A stretch of 64,000 nucleotides of DNA, taken from positions 62,001 to 126,000 of the forward strand of contig JAQGDQ010000504.1 of the NCBI GenBank assembly GCA_030141605.1, given 5' to 3'. Every line of letters starts with the position of its first letter. Positions within the stretch are counted from its first letter, which is position 1. Source of the stretch: Tubiluchus corallicola (lineage: Eukaryota; Animalia; Priapulida). The translations under genes were made by a program, and so were the position numbers. The notes beneath the pieces were generated by a model that was not told the DNA's origin, made no database searches, and saw only the letters and a program-made list of their open reading frames with translations. Shown piece after piece: positions 54,001 through 64,000 of this stretch.

Positions 54001-57000
54001 TCTTAAAGCATCGGTTTCCTCAGCTAAACTACTTCTGGTGTCACTAACAGCTTTCAGATCTAGTTCAAGGGTAGTGATTTTTCTTAGCAGTTCATTCACT
54101 CTGTCATCGTGAGCAGTTTGAATGCCAGACATTTTGTTGTCACAGTCTAGCTCAATCTGTTTCACTGAAGATGACAGCTCCTCAACTTGTGATGTTAAAC
54201 AAGTCTTCTGTTCTTCTAAAATCATAATCTTTTCTGACAATTCCATTTTTTCCTGTCCAATTGCATTCATTTTAAAATGCGATTCAGTTTTGCTCTGAAT
54301 GGAGTTGAGATCAGCAGAAGTGTGTTCTAATTCTTTAATTCTATCATGTAGAGATGTTATTGTTTGCTCTTTTGACACGAGATTATCTTGTAAACTTTTG
54401 CAAAAGTCTAAGCTTTGTGCATCTTGTTTCTCTTTGGCAACAGTAATCTCAAGAACTAAATCCTGTAACACTGAAGCTTGTTTGTACGTTTGTGATAAAA
54501 CCATCTGCAACGGAAGATTCTTGTCATCTGAATTATCTTTCTCATCTTCAATGTCTTGATCATCACCTTCGCATATATCTGGCCTAAGTTTTTTCAACTG
54601 CTCCTGTACAGTAGCGAGTAGAAACGGAACCCGAGAAACAAGAGCTTTTTGAACATTGTCCTCTGCTTCAGTTCCTACAACTAAACTACTTTCGATCTCA
54701 TTAACAGGTTTCAGATCTGCTTCCAAATTGGTAATTTTTGTTAGCAATTCATTGACTCTAACATCATGAGCAGCTTGAACTTCCCCAATCTTGTTCTCAT
54801 ACTTTACCTCAATGTTTTTTATACAGGCTGTCACTTCATCAAGTTGTGATGTTAAACACATATTTTGTTCTTCCAAATCTGCGATCTTTTTTTGTAACAA
54901 TTGCAATTCTTGCTGTGCAACAGCATCTACTTCAATTTGCGATTCAGTTTCCGTCTGAGTGGAGTTGAACTCAACAGGCACGTGTTCTAATTCTTTAATT
55001 CTTTCACATAGAGATTTTATTGTTTGCTCTTTTGACAAGAGATTATCTTGTACACTTTTGCACGTATCTAATCTTTCTGCATCCTGCTTCTGTTTGGAAA
55101 CAGTATACTCAAGAGTTAAATCCTGTAGCAATGAAGCCTGTTGATGCATCAGCAATAAAAGTTTTTGTAGAGAAAGGTCTTTGTTACTCAAGTTATCTTT
55201 TTGATCTTCATTGATCTCTTGATCATCACCTTCACATGTTTCTGATCTTGGGTTTTTTAAATCCTGCTGTATGTTAGCGAGTACACACTTAAGCTCAGAA
55301 ATACCTGCTGTCAGTACATTGTTTTGTGCAATGTTTTGTGCCTTTAACACCTCAGTTTCTTCAGCTAAACTATTTTTGCTGTCACTAACAGCCTTCAAAT
55401 CTGCTTCTAAGCTGGTAATTTCTCTTAGTAGTTTATTCACTCTATCTTCATGGACAACTTGCACTTGAGAAATTTTGTTATCATAGTTTACCTCAACTTC
55501 TTTCATCGAAGTTGTCAGTTCATCAAGGTGCAATGTCAAAAGTTTTTTCTGCTCTTCCAAATCTGCAATTTTTTGTAACAATTCCTCTTTCTCCTGTATA
55601 AGAGCACTTACACGACTTTCTGTTTGGCAGGATGTAAGTTCTACACGAGTTTCATCAAGCTCATTCACTCTTTCTTGTAAACTAGTTATTGTCGCTTCTT
55701 CCGGCAGAAAATTGTCTAGCAGAGTTTTGCAAAAACCTAAACTTGGTGCATTTTGCTGTAATTTGAGAACGGCAAGTTGTAAATTTTTCTTTTCCTCGAT
55801 GACACCAAGAAACAAGCTCTCCAGCTGGGCAGTCAGTTCATGCATTTCAGAAGATATTGCTTTGAACGGCACACTACTACCTTCTAAAATTTCCTCTTCA
55901 TTTTTAGCAGCATGTTGATCTTCTTTGTCAGAGAAATTAGGACCCTGCTCCTTCAAGTGCTTTGCAATATTAGAGTGCAAACGCTTTAAATGAGAAATAT
56001 GTTCCTTCACTACATCACCTTCTGCATGGCACTGTGTTTTTACAGCATCAACTTTATTCTCTAACTCACTTATAAACGGAACACAATCGCCGCCGCCTGA
56101 ATAGCTTTCGTCTAGCAACTTTTCCACGGCAACATCCATAATAGGTTTAATATGTACTGATGAGTGAAAAGCCTCACAAGACCCACCAATGTGTACTTCC
56201 TGTACCGGCTTTTCCATTCCTAAAGTATCTACGGTTTGCAGTATGCACTTTTCCTCCTGGAAATGGTTGGACTTTTCAGCTTGACTAGGTGGGTTCTTGT
56301 CTTTTAAATTATCTCCTGGAATTACAGGAGATTTCCCTGACTTTGACGCACTGCTAACTTCGGTATCATCATCTTCAATTTCGTATTCGAAGTCATACAA
56401 GTAAGCAAATGTGTTGTCTGGTTTTCCCTCGTCATTGACGAATTCACTTAAAGCTAAACTTTTGTCGAATGACTCTTCCTTTGTAACAGCACCATCGACT
56501 CCCGTCATCACGAGATTGTGGCTAAAATCACCTGAAGTTCCGACGTCTTCTAGGCAACCGTTGCACACACCTGAACTGTTCTTGTATGTAAGAGAAGAAA
56601 CACTGTCGTGTCGTTTTATATTGCTACCAAATACTGCTTGGGACGTTCTACTGTGAGATTTTCTAGCCGCACTGTTTGCAGTGATTATAGAATTAGGAGG
56701 TGTTACAAAAATTTCCCTGGAGGTGCAATGTCTTTCATTATGACAGCCAGAAGGTGTGGCATCCAGTGATGGCGATTTCAGATCGATTTTGACCATTGAC
56801 GTATGACTATTACAGGCAGAAACGTGCTGTTTTTTATGGCTTTTATTAGGCACATCTATCTCTATTTTGCTAGAATAGAGACAAGGCAAATTTGCATGGA
56901 TTGAATCGGAGTCTGTAGTTTTTGGTGTTTGTTCAAAACGAGGGTACTCGTCAGTTTCCGACGCCCCGCTCTCCTCCGTTGTGACTGATGACGTTATTCT

Positions 57001-58835
57001 ACAGTCATTATCTCCCGTCATCACAATCCTGGCTTGCTGCTGTTCGTCGAACAACTCAAACGTGCTCGATATTTGCAGTGTGGAAGGCGTTGTCACCTCC
57101 ACTGACGTGTTAGTTGCTGACGAACCAAACTCTGCCTGGCGATCAACTGGCAACCCACAAGCACACGTCAGCACCGGTTCCGTATTGGTAGTGATATCAA
57201 AGTGGGATACATTTCTTCTGTTATTACAGGCCATCTCGTCTCTAAGAAAACCTATTTCTTCGTTAAGCTCCATTATATGCTGTTGCTGTTTTGCATACTT
57301 CTCTCTAAAATCTTCTCGTAAGACTGCCACGAGTTCGGTCTTCTTGTCTATTTCCTTTAATGCTGTCTTGTATCTTCTGTACACGTTGTGGGCGCCGTCG
57401 TGGGTATCCATTGCCTTTTCAACAAAAATGAATGAATATTTGAATGAATGTGCTAAATTATATGCGAGACAATTAACTGAGTTTCTGGCTAGTGCATCAG
57501 AATTAGTAACGTGGCATTTACGCGATTATGATCGCAAAACTGTCTCACCAAAACTTAATCTCATAAATCATAGTTATTAATAACTGGAAGGCACTCTGCA
57601 GAGACGGAAATGCACACCCTCACATTAAATTACTTAGGGCAAAAATTAAATTTCACATTTGTTGACCTTGACCTTTTGAACCAAAAAGCAATAGGTTTCC
57701 TGGTTTTGCTCAGACATGTATCTGTGTCAATGATTATGATTATGTTGTTTGAACAGGCACACTATTGTCACTAAACATGCTAACCAAGTATCGTCAGCAT
57801 TGGTAAGGATTAAACAACATAGCTGTCAAAACGACTTCAACACAATGGCTTATAGCTCTGCTATGAAAAGTTAAGTGTCAATAGCGTGTTCTTAAAGGGT
57901 GGAAGAAGGTTCGTTGAGGAAAAATATCTCCACTAGATGTCCCTAGGACCTACCTGATGCAGCCAGTTCCAATTACCAGTGGTGATACCAACAGCAGTGC
58001 CAGCACAGGAGCTGACAGTTCATGCAAATAAAATTACCTTTCATACATTTGCAGCATTTACATCATAAAGTACACTCGTGTCTACACTTGCCAGGCCTCG
58101 CTTTTACTCATATCAGAAGACAAAATCTGGACTGCTAGAAAGTCCCACACTACGGACAGAGTCCGTTGTTTCATAAGCTGACTGCTAGATGGTGGGCCGT
58201 CATTTTGTTTACATCAGGGGTGTGCAAATTATCTGACTAGCCGGGCCACATTAAACTTTCTCGCAATTCCTGCGGGCCACAGGCAGTTTGATCAATGAGC
58301 CAAGTACAGTAGGACCTGATAACGATTTTTTCACATCCGACCTGCGTACATCATTACTACTACACTCAAGAAACTATTTTAGAAGTTATTAAAATTTATA
58401 TTATAAACCATATATTTCTACTTTCAGGACAGATAGTGGTATATATATATATGTGGATATGCCGTAAACGGCGCTTTAAAATGACACCTTTGTTATAAAG
58501 GTTTGGTTTTAAAGCGGTTTTATGGCATATTCAAATAATAGTAGCTGATTGCAGCAAATAATTAGCATTTCATTAAATTATGTTACAAACCGATGTGTCT
58601 TAAGCAGTGAAGTGACCACTTAAAAACTTGAAAAAGATCACCAAAGTACCTCCTCAATGACGTCCCTCATTTGCATCATTTCCTGCTGCAATTGCTGCTT
58701 CTCCCGGGAAACCTTTTCAAGTTTCCTCTCAAGTCTGGATGTTTGCTGCCTGAAGTCTGGTACCTCTTGGGCTGCTGCTCGTCCTCCGTCTCCCCTATTC
58801 CGAACCAGTGTTACCGTGGTCCTCGTACTCGTCAT
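48003..58835 (-). CDS. Very large coiled-coil protein of unknown family, ~2271 aa; exons 58835-58650, 57414-50987, 49593-49446, 48056-48003
   Basis: GT-AG junctions with consistent phases 0, 2 and 0; E/K/L/Q-rich heptad sequence; the last exon and the true start are less certain. Confidence 0.72.
50302..50685. mobile_element. hAT-like MITE
   Basis: TIRs CAGGGCTGTGGAGTCGG / CCGACTCCGCAACCCTG; similar GTAAAA-containing flanks; internal (CCGACT)n. Confidence 0.78.
50987..57414 (-). CDS. Giant 6428-nt internal exon: S/T-rich disordered region followed by six ~225-aa coiled-coil repeats
   Basis: 2142-codon open frame; acceptor AAAG|GCA at 57415/57414, donor AACAG|GTGAGT at 50987/50986; KIADLEE-type motif recurs every ~660-680 nt. 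Confidence 0.93.
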
Positions 58836-58992
58836 ACTTTCTCATTTGATCACTAAATCATACACGTGCTGATTAAAGCGGCAGTCGTAATGCAATGGTC
58901 CTGGTTCAAATCCAGACTCAATCGAAATTTTTACACATTTCCATCAATTTTGGAAATTCAGGTGGGTTGATTTCATCAGATCTGGGTCTTAA

Positions 58993-59574
58993 AAGACGAC
59001 AATTCATATACTACCCCATTTTCAAGTCGGATGAAAAGTGCACATTTTAACACAATTAATACTGCAAAAGCATTTCTGATAATTAAACAAAAAATTAAAA
59101 ACTTAATTAACTGAAGGGACACCCAACTATTGATGGCATCACAAACTAACATAATTTTTTACAGCAAAAATATTCCACGAGCGTGTTGCATGTGTTTGCG
59201 AAAGTGAAAATCGAAGTACAGTTTGTACTAAAAATAGGCAAGTTTTAAGATAAAAATTCAAATTTTAAATTTACCGCTGTGCTCATGCATGAGCTGTGTG
59301 TAATTCGTCATAAATAAACACATGTGAACTGAGAGGTACAGCACCTGTTTTTGTGATGTGTATTTCTGAAATGCAGGCGCTAGTGCTTGTCTAACTAGCA
59401 AATGCCGAAATTCATGTAACAGCAGAGAACTAGTGGCTCGAACATCAAATTGTGTTTGTGTGGTAATAATTGTCTCACGTAAGTCACTTTTGAAAAATTA
59501 GTATATTTCCTTTCAATATTTTAAAGAGTAGATTGTTTTGACCTACAGTTTAACATTGGGTCCGGTTTTTTGCT
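58993..59574 (+). mobile_element. Family K1 TTAA element
   Basis: TTAA at 58989-58992 and 59575-59578; collinear with 2517-3393 without the internal duplication. Confidence 0.75.
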
Positions 59575-61472
59575 TTAAACGGTGGGCCTACCCAATTTAT
59601 GTGAAAAACAGCTACTGCCATCTGGTGAGTGAAAACCCTGGTGTAAATGAAAAAAACATGTTGTTGCTCGGTCATAACTCTTTTGGCTGCGTATGCAAAT
59701 TCCAGCATGAGTTCAAACACGAATCTTTAAAAAACTGGAAAAAAATCAAATCTGCACTAACTGGCTCAAAATATTATAGGTCCCTGAGTTTGACCAATGC
59801 CTTACCATTGTGCAAGAACAAAACAGATAGACAGATGGGACGGATATAGTAGCACTGATGCTTCTATGAGATGATATTATACTGACTTTAATACATCAAT
59901 TGATTTAGCAAATTAAATCTGTTGCAATATTTAAAAGCATATTTTGCTAAAACATGTGCTAACAATTTTTATATCTTCAATGATAATTGATAAAACTAAA
60001 GCACAAAATTAGTTTAAGTTTAAAGTCTAGAAGCCAGTAGGTGGGTTTTTTGTTAATATGTTAAATAGATAGCGTGAAGGGCTAAATTTATTAATAAAAG
60101 AGAGTATATCAATGAAGTTTGACATATTGGCTCATGTATGCTTGCAGTTCAATTAGTCAAAAACTAAGCATTTTTAGTAAAAATATCTTAGTTTAAGTTA
60201 GAAAGTAAAGATAAGGGCTTGATAACATCGGATCTTGGTTTATTTTTACTTAAAAATACCAAAAACATGTTACAACTTGTACACTGCAACAAAAAATCAC
60301 CAAGTTAATGTTAGCAAATATGTTTAAAGTTGGTATCTCATACATCTAACTAGTATTTCCATGTCACTGAATCACTTCTGTAGCCAGCAGTCTATTAATT
60401 GATGTTTGAAAGGTGAACTATCCTAATTTTTTATCAATATTTAAGCGGTTAGAAAAGCATTTTGGCAGTTTAAAAGACAGATTGTCTTCTTTATGGAATT
60501 TCGAAATACATGGTTTTCTTAAAATTGCTGTTAACTTTGTAATCTTTCAACTAATTTATAAGCCAAATATAGTTTTATGAAGTACAGAACAAGAGCCTTT
60601 CATTTGCTATATTATACAAACACCTATGTGAAAAATTTTTTCGTCCTCATAGATGTCAAATTTGGGGGTGTTCGCAGTGCTTTTATTCAGATTTTATTTT
60701 CATCTAAATCATAATGTATGCCTTCTCTGAACCATCATTAAATTGTTGGTCTCACAATAACCTAGCGTAGAATTCTCATTCTTCCATCACCATTAATTTT
60801 CTGATTGTGTGCACAGCTAAACTGCGTCGTACATATATAATCACGTTTCAAAAATTAATTGTAAGAATTCTTGAAACTATTTCGCTTATCGAGTTAGGTC
60901 CATTCTTGCTGCTAGAGCACCGTCAGCTAGCAAGCGAGAATAACAAGCATAATAATTCGTTTCACCATAATTTGCACTACGAACGTATTTTCAAAAACTG
61001 ATACCTTGCTCTGTTAAACTGCAGTTATAATACTATGTTCAACTTTTTGATTTGAAATCAACTCAACAATGCCGACATTACCACACTACAAATTCCACAC
61101 GTGCTACGAACAAAAACCATCTAACACGTGGACCAATGACCGCGTTCGTATCGTTGACGTTTCACGCATGCGCAGCACGGAGCCTAGCAACCACAACTCC
61201 ACACAACCAGGACGCAGACTAAGTATTTTTCCAGTCCGCAACTCCGCGGTCCGCAAAAGAATAGTTCTGCTATGGTATCGCGACTTTGCAACGTATGAAA
61301 ACGTCAGATCCGCTTTAGCAAGGTTCGCGAACAGTATTGAATGATAGATATGTCATGCATATATATTTATATACTACGTGATCCCGTTAGTAATGTGATT
61401 ACCATAAACTATGAATTTTATTTCACATATCAAAAAATACAATATCACCTTGCTTAAATGAAAAAATGATTA

Positions 61473-63313
61473 TCTCTTATATTAATATTCTTGGTATATA
61501 TATATATTTATTTATATATATATAAGATTCGAGGCTACAGCCCGGACGAGGGCACCATTTGCGGCGATTTATATATCAAACGAAAGGTCTCGATCTAGTG
61601 TCGTGCCATTGATGGTTTATTTTTCGAATCGGGCCCACCGGGAGGAACGGGGGGCGAAAAACCTCCCAAAATGGCCGTTTTTCGGCCGTTTTTTGCAAAA
61701 GTTATACGGCTGAGATGTAGAGAACGGGAACGGGTCGAGGGTGGTGCTGGGTATGGATAGATAGCCCGTTCAGCGGTGCGTGTAGTAGGCATATTTAGAA
61801 TTTGCGAGAGGGCCACGGGGTCCCGCAACGGGCGTTTTCCCGGACCCAACTCGCGATTTTTTCGAAATTTTGACCAAACAGCCTGCGGAAAAAACGTTCT
61901 AGCGGCGCCCGGTGGGACTCTCGGAAGGAGATATATAGCTCTTTACAAAGAGGATGGACAGGGCTACACGATGATGTGGGCTATATTTTAGGGCAGGTCC
62001 ACCGAGAGGAGTATCAACGAGTTAGTTAGGAGTTCTATTTTCGGCAATTTTCGCTTAGAAAACTATTGACGCAAAGGCATTGTTGTGACGTCATCCATTG
62101 TATTCTGTCTATAATCTTATAACTTTAATTCAGCAAAAAGCTGCCTGCTACGGGTTTGCGTTAGTTAAACAAACGGTATGCAGGATGTTACGGGCGTTGT
62201 GTTATAAATGAGGACTGTGTAGGACGTTCGCGTATTATTGATTACACGTGGTTTTTTATGCAAAATCTTTTGCGGGGCCTTTGCTATTTATTATATTATA
62301 GCACATAGTTTCAACTTTGTGAAAAATGTTTGGAATGGTTTTGTTGCAATGCTGTGCTGTTGGTGCTTGTGCTATAGGTGTCGTCATCGTTGCCACCATC
62401 ATCATCATCATCATCATCAACATCATGATCACCACGTGAGGTGGTGGGTTTGATGTGGTGTGGTGGTGGTGTGCTTTGTGTGTTGTGCTATGGATGGTGT
62501 GGTGGGGTGATAGGGTGTGTGGGGTGTGGTGTGGGTAGTGTGGTATGGAGTGGGTGGCGTGGTGTGTGGGTGGGTGGGTGTTGTGGTGCAGTGCGGTGTG
62601 ATGTGGTGGAGTATTATGGTGTGGGTGGTGTGTGGGTGGTGCGGTGTGGTGTGGTGCAGTGGTATGGTGTGATGTGGTGGAGTCGTATGGTGTGGGTGAT
62701 GTGGTGCGGTGTGTGGGTGGTGCGGTGTGCTGCAGTGGTATGGTGTGGTGCGGTGTGGTGTGATGTGGTGAAGTGGTATGGTGTGGGTGGTGTTTTGTGT
62801 AGGTGGGTGGGTGGTGTGGTGCAGTGTGGTGTTATGGTGTGGTGCTGTGCGGTGTGATGTGGTGGAGTATTATGGTGTGGGTTGTGTGGTGTGGTGCGTG
62901 AGTGGTGCAGTGGTATGGTGTGGTGCAGTGTGGTGTGATGTGGTGGAGTGGTATGGTGTGGTGTGGTGCAGTGTGGTGTGATGTGGTGGAGTCGTATGGT
63001 GTGGGTGGTGTGGTGTGGTGTGTGGGTGGTGCGGTGTGCTGCAGTGGTATGGTGTGGTGTGATGTGGTGGAGTTGTATGGTGTGGGTGGTGTGATGTGGT
63101 GGAGTATTATGGTGTGGGTGGTGTGGTGTGGTGCGTGGGTGGTGCAGTGGTATGGTGTGGGTGGTGTGGTGTGTAGGTGGTATTGTGTGGTGCAGTGTGG
63201 TGCGATGAGGTGGAGTGGTATGGTGTGGTGCTGTGCAGTGTGATGTGGTGGAGTAGTGTGGTGTGGGTTGTGTGTTGATTTGTGCACAAAATTCTTTTTG
63301 TGGGGTTTGGCTA

Positions 63314-63314
<1 letters not shown>
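61473..63314 (+). mobile_element. Non-autonomous Helitron-like element (1842 bp) with GTG-rich 3' tail
   Basis: A|TC 5' end, CTAG|T 3' end, no TSD. The flanks rejoin to match the empty-site homolog at 22130-22240 (AAATGAAAAAATGATTA|TAGTCATGCATGCTTCTGTAG). Confidence 0.85.
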
Positions 63315-63344
<30 letters not shown>

Positions 63345-63345
63345 C

Positions 63346-63378
<33 letters not shown>

Positions 63379-64000
63379 GCATTCTTCTGTAGATAACTTT
63401 ATAATGTAAATAAGGATGAAGTAAATAATTTCAAAACAGCAACGGTATAAGAGCAATACAACTAAAAGTTGAGAAAGGAAAACATAATATGCAATTACGA
63501 CTTTGAGTGAGCCTTAGAATAAAAAAAATTAAATAGTTACAAATTTGATTTATCTGACTATTTGACTGTCAATGCAGCAACAAGCAGTAATAACTACATA
63601 TTTATACGATGATGTATACTGTTAATTGCACAGGGGAGTACCATAATGATCCCTTAAAGCTATCAGTTAGTATGAGGAACTTTATAACATTCTAAATCAG
63701 TATACAAAGTAGATATATATTTATACACACAAACATATATACATTCATACACACGTATTACCTATGATGTGAAGCCTTACCTTTAAATTACGTCCTATCA
63801 TGAAGCCAGGCGGGCAATAAAAAGATTGTAGCTTGTATAATTCTCTGGTCTTTACCAAAACTTGACCATCACCACCAACAACACCACTAATATCATCATC
63901 ATAAGTTCACACATTGTCAACACATTTATTTAAAAATGTATGCAAATAGCACTATAAACAATAACCAACAGAACAGAAAATATTACTCTTTAAGTTTTGT

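Noticed and set aside
51149-57580. Many plus-strand ORFs of 60-199 aa
   Set aside because: Antisense shadows of the giant minus-strand exon.
58868-58920. Possible tRNA gene (GGTTCAAATCC B-box)
   Set aside because: No complete cloverleaf or acceptor stem is visible; at most a SINE or tRNA remnant.
61000-61200. Promoter and first exon of the coiled-coil gene (NRF1-like ACGCATGCGCA, minus-strand AAG|GTATCA near 61005)
   Set aside because: Plausible, but too weak to call without transcript data.

Overview
AT-rich, intron-containing animal (probably protostome invertebrate) genomic DNA, dense in microsatellites, minisatellites and non-autonomous DNA transposons; no prokaryotic features. Five genes can be built by hand from splice sites and reading phase: (1) a 95-aa secreted neuropeptide-like precursor ending ...HGSLF-G-KR (7356-7643, +); (2,3) two 3-exon C-type lectin genes (-) on a ~6-7 kb tandem duplication, both needing a GC-AG intron and strongly divergent in the ligand-binding half; (4) a 6-exon RNF34/rififylin-type FYVE-like + RING E3 ligase (29361-42838, +); (5) a convergent ~2270-aa coiled-coil protein (-) with a 6.4-kb exon built from six ~225-aa repeats. 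The most striking structural signal is a complete TC...CTAG Helitron-like element (61473-63314) whose empty site is visible at ~22155. Its 3' 603 bp also sit in the start-codon exon of one lectin copy, with a perfect 48-bp target duplication that copies the ATG and creates an upstream ORF. All family names come from motif recognition, not from database searches.
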